This document shows, piece after piece, positions 1-13,226 of a stretch of DNA of 64,000 nt (position 1 is its first letter; each line of letters opens with the position of its first letter). Below the pieces are notes generated by a model. The model did no database searches and was not told the origin of the DNA. It was given only the letters and a program-made list of their open reading frames with translations. This stretch comes from Octopus vulgaris. Lineage: Eukaryota. Both the position numbers and the translations under genes were made by a program. The stretch is taken from NCBI GenBank assembly GCA_951406725.2, contig OX597814.1, positions 161,820,001-161,884,000 of the forward strand, in the 5' to 3' direction.

Positions 1-134
1 ACTCTGAAAAACAATATTCAATAAAGTTGTAAATAATAATGTTTTGCTCCCCATCTTCAGAAGATTCTATTTATTTACAATTATATGTAATTATACATAA
101 TAATATTTTACATATAAATTTTATCTGAGCCAGT

Positions 135-345
135 GAAGGGGACCTCTACATGGCTGCTTAATCTGGTAGAAATAGTAGCAAATTCTTCATGTTACATCCT
201 ACCATCTTAAAAAGATGGATAAATAAGTTACATTGGATAAATAAGTTCACAATATAGAAGAAAAAAACTCCAGACAAGACGATCATGGCTGGAATGTCTT
301 TGATCATATGTCTGCTTGATTTGAATTGAGCTAGGGCTAAGCAAT
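135..345 (+). mobile_element. Decayed SINE-like interspersed repeat (family ending in ggggctaaacaacaac)
   Basis: Shares motifs (tagaaatagcagc; gctggaatgcctttgatcataggtctgcttgat; ggggctaaacaac) with copies at about 18700-18860, 22615-22700 and 35650-35835. Confidence 0.6.
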
Positions 346-370
346 ATATATTTATTAGTATTATATTTAA

Positions 371-590
371 CCTTTTTGTTACCTACCCAGCTGAAACTGG
401 CTCTGGCTCTGAGTACAAATGTCTTGCTTTCTTAAGTTTTGAATTAAAATCTTCCACCAAACTTTAGTCACAATTTATGTTCCTAACACTAGCTGGATGA
501 TAACTAAATTATTGTACTAAATTCTTTGTTATATTTAAAGTAATTGAAAGAAATACAGAGTATCTCAAAATAAATACAGTAACGAAAGAG
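371..590. mobile_element. piggyBac-like MITE
   Basis: TTAA at 367-370 and 591-594 flank imperfect terminal inverted repeats (cctttttgttac / gtaacgaaagag). Confidence 0.55.
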
Positions 591-2619
591 TTAAGCAAAA
601 TGCCAAAATGCTTTTGGAAATGTTTGAAACACATAATAAACCACCTGAATGGAATTAATTGCTTGCCAAGGAGGACATGAAGGACCAAAACAACTGGAAG
701 GATGTAGTAGTACTTTCAACAGCTAATGAAAGATTTTCCAATATCTTGTTCACTAACGTGAATTTAGAGACTTATGCATCCAATGGATTTAAATTGACTG
801 ATCTTACATTGATTAAATACTCATCAGAAGAAGAAGAATCAAACAGCAGCATGTCTAAGTCCTAGATAATCACTTAAGTGGATTTCAAAGCAACATTTGA
901 TGTTCATCATGAGGCCATTAGGAAAATTTATGAAACTGTCAGCATCCCACCTGTGTATCTGAAGACAATCAGTGAATTTTACTAAGACATTTCTTATCTA
1001 GTTATGAAGAACGCTAGTAGTTCTTAGTCATTCCCGGTGGATAGATGTGTTGCTGTTTAACCCAAGGCCAGCTAGCACCAGTTGAGCAGAGCTATTCCAC
1101 TACACCCCATGTAATTACAGCATTGCAATATGAATAGGTATAGTATAGTAATAATACATGTGTGACATCCTAAGGTGCACATTAGTATATGAGAATATAT
1201 GTGAATAGCAGAAAAATACTCAGAGTACACCTGCTATTTCTAACAGTTTAATACACACAGTCATTCAACTTTCTAGAATCAGTAACTGCATCTCCTTCAA
1301 ATCACATGAGAAGTGGGTGTTTTTTTTATTTAAAAAAATTTTATATCACATTTAGTGAATAATAGCCTCATTGATTACAGGTTTCCAATGGTTCAATCAC
1401 TAGTTCACTGCATTTCTGACAGTGATGGTGACAAAGGATTGTTAGTGTAGCTCAGATGGAACAAATAATACACAAGGCATTTTCGTTTGAAAACACCTGC
1501 TTTTCAGTTACTTTATTAGTGTTAAAATTTAGAAAGATATAGGATTGATCTGGATTTAAACATCAGCATCACCATCAAAAACAACAACTGAAGTGTGCAG
1601 AAGAGTAGAAGAGGAGGCTGTTGAAGTCAGCCTATATTATCAGAGGAAAGTCAAGATACCATTAACTTTAGTAGTTGATGGAAAAAAGAGAAATTAGGAG
1701 CCTTGAAGATATTGACTATATCTAATTAAAGCAGATTGCATTATGTCTGAATGCTTAATACTAGTGGTTGGTAGTATTGGCAGTCAACCATGATAATTAG
1801 AGGCCTATGTGTCAGGCCCTCAAAGCATTTAGAGTATGAGTAAGTGTGTAGATGAATAAATTGTAATTTATATATTCATTATTTATATTTCACAAAATAG
1901 TCATATTTCAGATATTGTTTTTGTCTTGTTTTACTTTCATTCTTAATGATGTTTTCCTTTTTCTATGTCCCTTTGATAAATAGAAAATTCATAATAATGT
2001 TCATATCTAAGGAAGAATAGAATTTTGGAATTTATATAACAATAGTGGAAAAATAATGACAGACCAATAGTGAAGATAATTACAATAGTATTCGGGGAGT
2101 ATAAATACGTAGCATTACATTATGTATCAGGACTGGAGTGAACAGAAAATATAATAGAACAACAATGATAGAGAGAAAGGAAAATAACTGCATTACACAT
2201 GACAATAGGTATAGTAATAGTGCATGCGTGATAACCCATAATGTGATAACAGTGTACATGAATAGCAGCAAAATAGCAAAATGCTCAGCATACATCTGGT
2301 ATTATGTAAGTATGTATGTATGTATGTATGAGTGTATGAATGGATGCATGCATATATGTGTGTATGTATGAACGTGTGTGTGTATGTGTGTGACGGGTAG
2401 AGTGATAGTTCTGCACATGGTATTAGCTATCTTTTACATTCTGAGTTCAAATCCATCTGCCAGTTTAACACCTACATCTGGTCCTGGGGTGCCTTTAACA
2501 GAATCCACTCTCCTGCAAGCATTCAGGCCAGATCTCAGTCCTGAACAGACCTTCCTCTAAGGCTCTCAGAAAGGTCATGGGTGTTGGTCTTCTTCCTTTC
2601 AGTAAGTTACAAAGTAATA

Positions 2620-3060
2620 ATTCTTTCTACTGTGATATAAGGCCTGAAATTTTCAGGGAGGGAGCCAGTTGTTTATATTGACCCCCAATTCTCAGCTGCT
2701 ACTTATTTTATCAATCCTGAAACAATGAATGACAAAGTCAACCTTGGCAGGATTTGAACTCAGACATAAAGAACTGGAAGAAATGCCACCAAGCATTTTA
2801 TCCAACACACTAATGATTCTACCAGTTCACCATCTTATCTAAATAATTCTTTCATATTTTGGCATAAGGCCAGCAACTTTTAGGGGGAAGGGGAAAGTTG
2901 ATTACATGGTCCCCAATACAAGACTGATACTTTATTTTATTAACCCCAAAAAGACGAAAGACAAAGTTGAGCTTGGTAGAACTTGAACTCAACATATATA
3001 TATCTAGAACATATACCACAAAGCATTTTTCCAATACTCTAACAGTTCTGCTAACATGCT
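2620..3060 (-). mobile_element. Two tandem tRNA-derived SINEs with Nin-like central domain
   Basis: Reverse complement matches ttctgagttcaaattcc...gaggtcgactttgcctttcatcc...aaataagtaccag, seen in many copies in the window. Confidence 0.75.
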
Positions 3061-3063
3061 ACA

Positions 3064-3088
3064 TAATAATCATAATAATAATAACAAC

Positions 3089-3120
<32 letters not shown>

Positions 3121-3125
3121 TAATA

Positions 3126-3160
<35 letters not shown>

Positions 3161-3186
3161 AACAACAACAACAATAATAATAATAA
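3064..3186. repeat. Compound (AAT)n/(GAT)n/(AAC)n microsatellite
   Basis: Seen directly. Confidence 0.95.
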
Positions 3187-4826
3187 TGTCAATAGCTATA
3201 TTTTAATTGGTGCTAAATAAAACACTGATCATAGGTGTGAAAAAAGAATATAACATTAGCTATAGATTGGAAATAAGCACGATGCAATTAACTTTTGCAT
3301 GTCAGTGAACATGTTATAAGCTATTTTCCTCCATAATGAAGGTAAGAAATATTTATCCACATGTTTTTAATTAAACAAAATTTTTATTGTCAAAATCAAT
3401 TACTTTTGGTCAGTTCTATCTCACACTAAGTTTCTCCTGAGCCCTAGCTTTTCTGGAAGAAGAACTCTTCAGCCTGCACACTACATTTGTTTTCACTGAA
3501 CAAGAATAACATCCAAGCATTTGATTTCCCTTTTACAAAGTAATTTCAGTTTCCTAAGTAACCATTTCAGCTAACTTTGATATGAGATATGACATATAAT
3601 GACGTAGGACTAATTCAAGATTGGTAAAGCTGATAGAGTAATTCTCAAGGAAATCTCAACCAAAATAGAAACCAGTGAATAAAAACAATATGAAAATTCC
3701 CTTACACCAAACATCAAGAATTGAATAGCAAACATGATAACGGATATGATTTTGATGATAAAGTAGCAATGAAGGTGGTGGAATTTATGATAACGATGAG
3801 GAGGAGGAGAAGAATGAAGATCAAATTGATTACAATGCTTTACTTTTAAAACAACAGTGCATTACACATTGTAAATCACATTACTAAAAATTAAAAATAA
3901 TTACAAAAGAAAAGTCGTCAAAATCATTGAAGAATATGAAAATAATTTAAATTCTTTCTCTTCTTAAATGGTCGCTCACCTATGAAAAGACAAAGCGACT
4001 ACATAAGCAGTGAAGAATTAATTGGAAATTGGCCAGCTGCCAGAAGGACAACACTGTCAGACGGTCTTTGAGAAACTATTGGAATTCAACCAAAAATAAA
4101 AAGAAAAAGAATAAATAAATAGAAATGATAAAAAGAAAAAACAGAAAATGTATAGTTTGTAAGCAATGTTTATAGATATTTTGCCAGCTTCTTTATTGGC
4201 CTGGTCTCTGTTCAAGAATGTATTTTTTCCTTCCAAAAATTGACTTTAAAGGTCCACAGGAGTAATCACTGCTAAGTTATGTATGAGTTTTTATCGTACC
4301 CAATTACATTTGACGAAAATGTAATTTACTTTTTATAGTTTCTATGTATATAATGTATGTCACCATTGTTGTTAAAATGCCTGTTTTTCTAACCTGAGTA
4401 GAAGTAAGGTGCCAAAGAGATAAGATGTTGGGAATATTTACCTATGAATTAGGAGTTCAAATATACTACTGGGGTTTTGTAGTATTTCTCAACAGAGTAG
4501 AATACTTTATATAGTTTAGTGTAGTGGTTAAAATGCCTGTTTTTCTAACCTGAGTAGATGTAAGATGCCAAAGAGATAAGGTGTTGGGAATATTTACCTA
4601 TGAATTAGGAGTTCAAATATACTACTGGGGTTTTGTAGTATTTCTCAACAGAGTAGAATACTTTATATAGTTTAGTGTAGTGGTTAAAATGCCTGTTTTT
4701 CTAACCTGAGTAGATGTAAGATGCCAAAGATATAAGGTGTTGGGAATATTTACCTATGAATTAGGAGTTCAAATATACTACTGGAGTTTTGTAGTATTTC
4801 TCAACAGAGTAGAATACTTTATATGT

Positions 4827-5933
4827 TTAGTTAGTTAGTTAGTTAATTTGGCTCAAAAGCAAATAGCAAGGCCATGTAGGGGGACATGGAGTTAAGTACA
4901 GGGTGGTGTTCATGTAAAGAGTTCAGGCCACTTGAGGTCAAGGGAGGCTTTGAACAAAGCGGTCGTCGGCATCTTCACCATCTCGTCTGGCAGCTTGTTC
5001 CACGGATCCACAACCCAGACGGAGAAAGCTCCTCTCCTTCGATTGAGATGAAATCGTCGCAGGTAGAGCTTTTCGGAATGACCCCGCAGCCGACGCTCTG
5101 GAGCAGGAGTAAAGAACAGCTCTTTTGAGAGGTTACACTTTCCGCTTATGATGTTGTGGGTGAGAATGAGATCACCACGGCGGCGGCATTTTTCAAGAGA
5201 ATAAAGGTCGAGCGTCCTCAGCCTTTCTTCGTAGGACAAATTTTTGAGACCATGAACCATGCAGGTAGCCAGCTTCTGGACTCTTTCGAGATGCTGTATG
5301 TCTTTGAGGAGATAAGGAGAAGAGGCTTGAATCCCATACTCCAATATGGGTCTCACCAGAGTGACATAGAGTGGTAGGAATATGGCTGCTGTGAGCATTC
5401 CGAATGACCGTCGAATCAAGAACAGAATTCCGCGTGCTTTGTTGGCAGCATGGATGCACTGGGCCGAAGGCGAAAAGGAGGAATCCACCAAGATACCTAG
5501 GTCCTTTACCTGATCGGTCCTCTCCAGCAGCAGACGACCCGGCTCGAAATCAAGTTGAGTTGCAGGAGTAGAGCCGACAGGCAGATGACAGCACTTTGAC
5601 ACGTTCAGACACAGGTCCCAATCGTTAGACCACTTCCAAATTTGGTGGAGGCATCGAGGAAGATCCTCTATATTACCGCGAGGAGCGACCAGTTTGATAT
5701 CGTCGGCAAATAGAAGGGTGTGTTGTGTGAGGTCGTCGGGCAAGTCATTTATGAAGACTAAGAACAACAAGGGCCCAAGCACTGAACCTTGAGGCACGCC
5801 ACTGCTCGCACTGGAGACGTCGGACAGCGAACCATTAACTTGGACTTGGAAGGAGCGATCTGAGAGGAAGGCACCAACCCATCGTACAATATCCGGATGG
5901 AAACTATATGCTTGAAGCTTGACAAGTAATAGC
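4827..5933 (-). mobile_element. 5'-truncated non-LTR retrotransposon (CR1/L2 group) with RT C-terminal half and (TAAC)n tail
   Basis: Uninterrupted RT frame with PQGSVLGPLLF, LFADD, KDLGI, VRPILEY, RRRGDLI, RGHS motifs; CpG-rich (young); (ttag)n at 4827-4845 is the 3' tail. Confidence 0.92.
4910..5797 (-). CDS. Reverse transcriptase fragment (LINE ORF2 C-terminal part), truncated
   Basis: 295-aa ORF with RT domains 4-7 (QGSVLGP, FADD) and a CR1-type C-terminus. Confidence 0.85.
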   Translation of the reverse strand: MPQGSVLGPLLFLVFINDLPDDLTQHTLLFADDIKLVAPRGNIEDLPRCLHQIWKWSNDWDLCLNVSKCCHLPVGSTPATQLDFEPGRLLLERTDQVKDLGILVDSSFSPSAQCIHAANKARGILFLIRRSFGMLTAAIFLPLYVTLVRPILEYGIQASSPYLLKDIQHLERVQKLATCMVHGLKNLSYEERLRTLDLYSLEKCRRRGDLILTHNIISGKCNLSKELFFTPAPERRLRGHSEKLYLRRFHLNRRRGAFSVWVVDPWNKLPDEMVKMPTTALFKASLDLKWPELFT

Positions 5934-8009
5934 TTAGTGTAGTGGTTAAAATGCCTGTTTTTCTAACCTGAGTAGATGTAAGATGCCAAAGAGATAAGGT
6001 GTTGGGAATATTTACCTATGAATTAGGAGTTCAAATATACTACTGGGGTTTTGTTGTATTTCTCAACAGAGTAAAGTACTTTTTATAGTTTAGTGTAGTG
6101 ATTAGTCATATATTCTTCTATAGCTGTTCACAATGTGTGGTAGGCTGCATGTGTAAACACTAAAGTTTAACTGAGTTTTCAAATATTTCATTAACCTTCA
6201 TTGCTATATTTACATATGTAAACCCAATAAATCAATGGAACACTGTTCAACAAACATAACAATTTACAATAAATAACTTGTATATAACTTGCTGTATATA
6301 ACTGAAGAAAGTATTGCAAGGAATTTAAATCACTGCATAAATTAACATGAGTTACTTGACACTACCAGTTAAGGCTGGTGCCTTCTGTCAAGTACAGCAT
6401 GGGTATATTATGTAAGAAAAGTGAAAGAGGAGAGAGATCAACTCACTACAAGCAACATAGAATACCCTAGGCAACTTAGCGGCTCTCTGGCCTAAAGTTT
6501 AAAAGGTGAGAGACCACCAAACAAGGAAACAGTAATATGTTCCATGTAAACCAGGGATAGATCTGCCTAAAGTTGAATTTGCTTGCCTTTTATTACTGTC
6601 AGCCAAAATGTTCTAGAATATTTGGCCAGACTGTTAGGCAGGAAAACTCACTCACTTCCTTTGAAGTTTTCCACCTCAGTCATTATAAGTTAGCCAGTGC
6701 TCATTGGTCAAACCATATTCATGTAGGCATTAACATATTTTATGACAGTATTTTTTCTTTAATGGAGATATATTAGTTCTAGACGGAGAAAATTTGAACG
6801 CTATAATTCAAATCTCAGCCAAGGTGGTTTTGCTGCAATGGCTTCAGATAATAGTAGTGAACCTTTTACAGGGTTCCCAAGATAATGAAGGAAGAGGAAA
6901 AAAATAAACCTTAAATAATGGATTATCTTCAAACAAGAAACTTGGTCCTAATGCCAGCAATAGAATGAACTATACTAAAGGCACAAACAGGACAATTTAG
7001 TCCTACTTTATTACAGTTCACCAAGCTCTTGGGAATAGATTATCTCAAAAATTACTTATAATAGACTTAGAACCTATTTAAGGTTTTGCTTCTCACTTTG
7101 AAGCAAGAACTCTTAAAAGGCACAGAATGACATTAGGAGCATAAGCTATTATTTCTAAACTTATACAGGTCTGCATAAAAAAAAGTTTCTTCCTATGTGT
7201 CTTATTTATAAAGTTTAATTTTCTACAGTTTGATTCACTTGCTTTCTCTGATTTCTTCAATATTCTTCTATGGCAAGCATATTTCATTTACATCATATAT
7301 GTATAATCTATTTGCATTATATGACCAACCTAACACCTTTGTTTATCCTAAATGTATCAGCTAACACTTTTTATAAGCAAAATATTTTCTCAGCTAACTC
7401 CTTTCCTAGCACATCCAAAAGATGAGATTCAACTCAGGACAGTAATATCTAAGAGGTATCACTGCATTTACTGCTGACTGTCTCAATACTAAACATTATT
7501 ATACCTATATACAGACTTTATAGGATGTCTTTCAGCTGAGGAGGATAAAAATAGCCAGATAATATTCAAAAACATGGGGCAGAGAAGGTGAAACATTGTT
7601 CCAACAAAGGTAATAAAATATATTATAACACCTAAACAACAAAACTTATATACTTTCAATAAATTTTATTTATATATATATATATAGTTTGAATTTACAG
7701 AAAAGAACGCTTTTTGACAGAAAGGATTGAGAGGGAAAATGGAGAGAGAACAAAAAAAAAACAGTAAGAATAAATTTGTAGGGGTTAACAGTTCATATGT
7801 ATATATATTATTCTTTTAACCTCTCAATTGGCACAAAGACACCTTCCTGATTACTAATCCCCACAGTCAAGGGGACTTTGCCTGGCAAGTTGCTTGGTGA
7901 CCCTGCTGGTGCTGGTGCTATGAAAAGGGCACTCAGTACACTCTGTAAAGTACTTGGCATTAGGAAGGGCACCCAGCCATAGAAATATATATATAAATAT
8001 ATATATATA

Positions 8010-8570
8010 TATCATCATCATTTAACATTCGTTTTCAATGCTGGCATGGGTTGGACGGTTTGACTGGGCTAGCAGACTGGAAGGCTGCACAAGGATCCAG
8101 TCTGATTTGGCATGGTTTTCTATGGTTGGATGCCCTTCTTAACGCCAACTACTCCAAGAGTGTAATGGGTGTCTTTATGTGCCACAGGCATGGGTGCCAT
8201 TTGCATGACACCAGTATCTGTTGGCTTGATGGGTCTTCTTCTTAAGCACGACATAATGCCAAAGGTCTTGGTCACTGCTGCCATAAGGCTCAACACTTGA
8301 AAGGAGCTCAGCCACTTTGCCTCCATGGGGCCCAATACTCAAAAGAAACTCAGCCACTTTCTTTCATGAGGCCCAAAGCTTAAAGGAACTCAGCCACCTT
8401 GCCTCCATGACACCCAACATTCGAAAGGAACTCAGCCATTTGTTTCCATGAGGCCCAATGCTCGAAAGGGACTTAGCCACTTGCCACCATGAGGCTCAAC
8501 ACTCAAAAGGTGCTTTTTATGTGCCAGTTAAATGACACCAGCATCAGTCACGACTGCAATTTCTCTTGGC
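8010..8570 (-). mobile_element. Interspersed repeat (RTE-tail/SINE family with (GAT)n tail) containing an internal ~42-bp tandem repeat
   Basis: catcatcatttaac...catgctggcatgggttggac end shared with 34900-35025, 36700-36890, 43600-43760; ctcagccac unit repeated at about 8307, 8349, 8389, 8431, 8472. Confidence 0.7.
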
Positions 8571-9558
8571 TTGTATATATGTATATGTCTAAATGGTATA
8601 ACTTCAATTATCAAATGCTATGCTATATGATTTGCATTTATTTATCCACCAGTTTATTTTATATCATATGGACATGAATTGTATAGACAGGAATTAAGAA
8701 ATAGTTCAATAACTTTATTTATGTAACTACATCACACACATACACACATTCATATATAGATGATGGGCTTCTTTCAGTTTTCATTTACCAAATTCCTTCA
8801 TAAAATATTGGTTGGCCAAGGGTAATAGTAGAAGACATTTACCCAAGGTGTCATGCAATGGGACTGAACTTGAAGCAATCTGGTTAGAAGCAAATTTCTT
8901 AAACATACTGCTATATCTATGTCTATATATTTGTGTGTGTGTGTGTGTGTATGTGTGTGCATGTATGCACAGACATGCCTTTGCTTTAGATGGTACTTAG
9001 TTTGCATAGTTTTGGCTTTGATCATGTTACTTTTCTCCCTTTCATCTTACTTTCTAAAATATTGAAGTAGACTACACACAACAGACGTATTTCATTTAGA
9101 TTTGCTTGTTATATTTTGAAAAATATTTTTAAAACTGAAAGCTTCAAATGTCAAACCAAAACAGAAAAATAAAGTCACTTTCTGCAGAAATTAAAATTAA
9201 AATAGTGATGATTAAATCAATTTCAAAATGAAAAGGGCTCAATACTGTAAAGAGTTAAATAAAACCAAAGCGAATGCCAGAACTATTAAAGGAAGCAAAG
9301 ACAAAATCATAGCCAGGATAACCTTTTCTGCAACTGCTTATTTTCAAATAGGCTTAACAGTATACACTGAACATGAAGGATTGTTTGGAGACACATGGCA
9401 TGTTATATAAATCTACCAAATTATTGTCTCTATGGTATGTAAGTATAAGCAGCTCTTTCCTATATTAAATATTTACCTTTCACTGGATGGAGTACTTATT
9501 TTGTTGATCCTACCTGTAACAAAAAATAGTAAACCATATATATATATATGTATATATT

Positions 9559-9602
<44 letters not shown>

Positions 9603-11200
9603 TACACACACATACATACATACGCACACATGTATATATAAGGTACAGGCATGGCTATGTGGTTGGGAATCTTGCTTTGCAGCCACATAGTTTCAGTCCC
9701 ATGGTGCATGGCACCATAGGCAAGTATCTTCTATTATAGCTTCAGGCCAATGAATGCATTGTGAGACAATCTGGCAGACAAAAACTGTATGGAAGCTTAT
9801 CATCGTCATTTTAAAGTCCACTTTTCCATGCTTGTATGATTCATCAGGAGTTTATTGAGGCAAATTTTCTATGGACATTCAATTAGAACGTCAAATGGTG
9901 TGAAGACAAGGTCACATACATACACATATCTCTTTTTTTCTTTTGTTGTATCTCAAGAGGGTTATTATGCCAATAATAAACATATGCACTGGTTCTATTT
10001 CACTTCAATATTTATTTGTCAATTGGTTAACTAGTTAATATTTAACTACTTCAGTAATTGACTGTTTGAGTAATCACTCAGTCAATCAATCAAACATTTA
10101 GGTTTGCCAAAATCTCTTTGTTGTCATTTGCAACTTCATCAATGGCATACCCTCTGTACTTCAGGTCTATCTTAGATAGTAGGAAGGAGTGGATGGGATT
10201 GGAGTCAAGTCTTGAAACTATGTGTGGATTTGTATGTGTGTGTTGATATGTTAAGTTGGGTTTAGCAAACATTAAGTTGAAATCTCAAGATGTGGTAGTA
10301 GGAAATACTGATGGTAGAAGCTCACATATTTATAACCATGATGCAGTTTGTGGGTAACCAGTCACATATTCTCTTTCATATGGGCATGAATGGAAAATCT
10401 TGTTTTTGCAGTTCAGATAGGTGACTGGGTAAAGTGAATTCTTTGGAATAGTTCATTACAAAGAGGGTCTCTTAGTATTTTCTTTGCCAGGCATAACCTG
10501 CACTTCCTATTGCTATTGAAGAAGGTTTGCACTTCTCCAGCACTCCTCACTTGATTTTGTAATCCATGACACTTTCTTTCACTGGCCATATTGGCCTAAC
10601 CAGGGTAGTCACATTTCATTCATCCTGGATATTAAAGGATTTATGGTTGTTAAAATTGCTCATAAAGGAATCTTCTGCCATGTAGCAGAGAGCTGTCACC
10701 ATACTTTCCATACCAACCTATCTGACAAGTGCCCTACCACCCTTGAATACATATCAATCACACACCACCCACACCCAAACCCCCCTCTGCAGTCAGTTAT
10801 CCCACACTAGCTTTTTGGACAAGGAATATAACTCTTGATGAATTACCCACTGAACTTCTCCCACAGGTTTTATTCCATTTGGTCACAATGCCCACACATC
10901 ATATGTGAGACTCACTGACCTTCAGTAGTAGAGTGCTATCACCACACTTACCATACTAGCCCCTCTGACAAGCACCATCTTCAGTTAGCACCTAATTTAT
11001 ATGTATAACTGATTGATAAAAATGGCTGTAATAGATCAATGACACTACATAGTATGAATATTCTCTGCAGACAAATATAGAAGTGCCTATTTTTTTCTGA
11101 TCAATGGATTCTTAGATGACATATATGTACATATATATATATATATATATATCATCATCATACATCTGGCTTCCATATTAGCATGGTTGAACTACATATA

Positions 11201-11280
<80 letters not shown>

Positions 11281-11578
11281 ATATTTATACATATATATAT
11301 TATTTCACAATGTACCTTGAAAAGCTAATTTCAAAAGCGAAAACCAGTTGGATATCGCTACATTTTATGAGACATTTACCATCCATAAAATATAGATATA
11401 TGTCTTTTTATAAAAGGATATTGAAACTATGTGAAATGAAGGCATTTTTCTTCCCCTTTTTTATATATATATATTTTCTGCATATTTTCAATTCATAATT
11501 TTGCTACGTTGTGTATACTGATTCTCCAGCATTTTTGCTCCTTTTATATTTCTCCTATATATACATATTTGCTCCTTT

Positions 11579-11627
<49 letters not shown>

Positions 11628-11631
11628 GTAT

Positions 11632-12490
11632 AGTTGATAGCTTCCGTTACCTAGGTGACCAAGTCAGTAGCGGGGGCAGGTGTGCTGAAAGTGTAACTGC
11701 TAGAGTACGAATAGCCTGGGTAAAGTTCAGAGAGCTCTTACCTCAGCTGGTGAGTAAAAGGCAGACTGTATGACGCATGTGTATGAACAGCCATGCTACA
11801 TGGTAGTGAAACATGGGCCGTGACTGCTGAGGATATGCGTAAGCTTGCAGGAAATGAAGCCAGTATGCTCCGATGGATGTGTAATGTCAGTGTTCATACT
11901 CAACAGAGTGTAAGTACCTTGAGAGAAAAGTTGGACCCAAGAAGCATCAGTTGTGGTGTGCAAGAGAGACGTTTGCGCTGGTATGATCATGTGGCGAGAA
12001 TGGATGAAGATAGTTGTGTGAAAAACTGCCACACCCTAGCGGTTGAGGGAACCTGTGGAAGAGGTAGACCCAGGAAAACCTGAGACGAGGTGGTGTAGCA
12101 TGACCTTCAAACTTTAGGTCTCACCGAGTAAATGACTGGAGACCGAGACCTTTCGAAGTATGCTGTGTGTGAGATGACCTGGCAGGACAAGTGAGACCAT
12201 AACCCGTGGCCTCTACCTGGGATGTAGCCAGTCAACTTATGCATACCTTTCCTTCTTGGGACACAAAACTCTACTTGTGAAGACCTGTTGAGGCAAGTGA
12301 AAATCAAAATCAAAATCAAAATCGATCAACATCAATGGAAATTGTAGCTGTGATACCAGTGCCGGTGGCATGTAAGAAAACCTTCTGAACGTGGCCGTTG
12401 CCAGTGCCGCACCGACTGGCCTCTGTGCCGGTTGCACATAAAAAGCACCATCTGATCATGGCCGTTGCCAGCCTCACTTGGCCTCTGTGA
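11632..12490 (+). mobile_element. RTE-clade LINE 3' fragment, inserted in a (TA)n/(TATG)n tract
   Basis: FRYLGDQ, LHGSETW, RRLRWY.HV.RM, GRGRPRKT motifs (ORF 11793-12083), with frameshifts and stops. Confidence 0.85.
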
Positions 12491-12499
12491 AATTTTTTA

Positions 12500-13200
12500 A
12501 AAGGTTTAATAAAAAATAACAACTAATTAATCAATAATGTATTCACCCTTGTTGTTTACAACTTCTTCCCAATGTTCAACAAGATTTTCAATACTTCATT
12601 GGTAGAAATCACCCAATTTCGACTCGAAAAATTGATCCAACCAAGCTCTCAGTTCTGCATCAGTATTGAATGAAACTTCATGCATACCATTTGAAAGAAA
12701 TCAAAAGAGGTGAAAATGCGTTGGTGACAAATCAGGAAAGTACGGCGGGTGTGGCAGCACTTCCCAGCCATGCATTTGAATGGCTTCCTTTGTCATATTG
12801 GCGATATGAGGGCAGGCATTGTCGTGCAGCAGAAGAACTCTATGCTGATAATTAAGTCTTTTCTCTTGAATAGCCATGTTGAGTCATTCCATCAGTTGAA
12901 CAAAGAATTCCACATTGACCATTTGGTTTCATTCAAGCAATTTGTAATGGATAATCCCTTCCCAGTTCTACCATACGCACAACATCGTTTTACGCGGATG
13001 AAGATCTTGTTTCACACACGGTGTCACTTGTCTACCGGAGCTAAGCCATTCCTTACACTGCTTCATATTGATGTGCAGGCACCATTTTTAGTTGCCAGTA
13101 ATGATTCGGTGTAGAAATTGTTGCTTGCGTACATGAGTTGAGCGGTGATGAGCAAGCAAACCAGCAGAGAATGTGGCTCATTGATTTTTGTTGTCACTTA
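12500..13200 (-). mobile_element. Mariner transposase pseudogene fragment
   Basis: Minus-strand translation gives LLHDNACPH and WEVLPHPPYFPDLSP, resembling the mariner HDNARPH / HPPYSPDLAP.D motifs; internal stops. Confidence 0.85.
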
Positions 13201-13226
13201 AAGCATGCACATTTATATGCACGTCA

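Larger units (their letters stand above)
4371..6100. repeat. 156-bp minisatellite, about 4 copies, interrupted by a LINE
   Basis: gttaaaatgcctgtttttctaacctgag starts at 4371, 4527, 4683 (period 156) and resumes at 5945 after the LINE. Confidence 0.9.

Noticed and set aside
2967-3206. Low-complexity ORFs (poly-I/M here; also YI, CV and ER repeats at 9473-9739, 11208-11498, 14689-14971, 49502-49890, 55498-55804)
   Set aside because: Translations of microsatellites
12749-13114. 121-aa plus-strand ORF
   Set aside because: Antisense shadow of the mariner transposase relic
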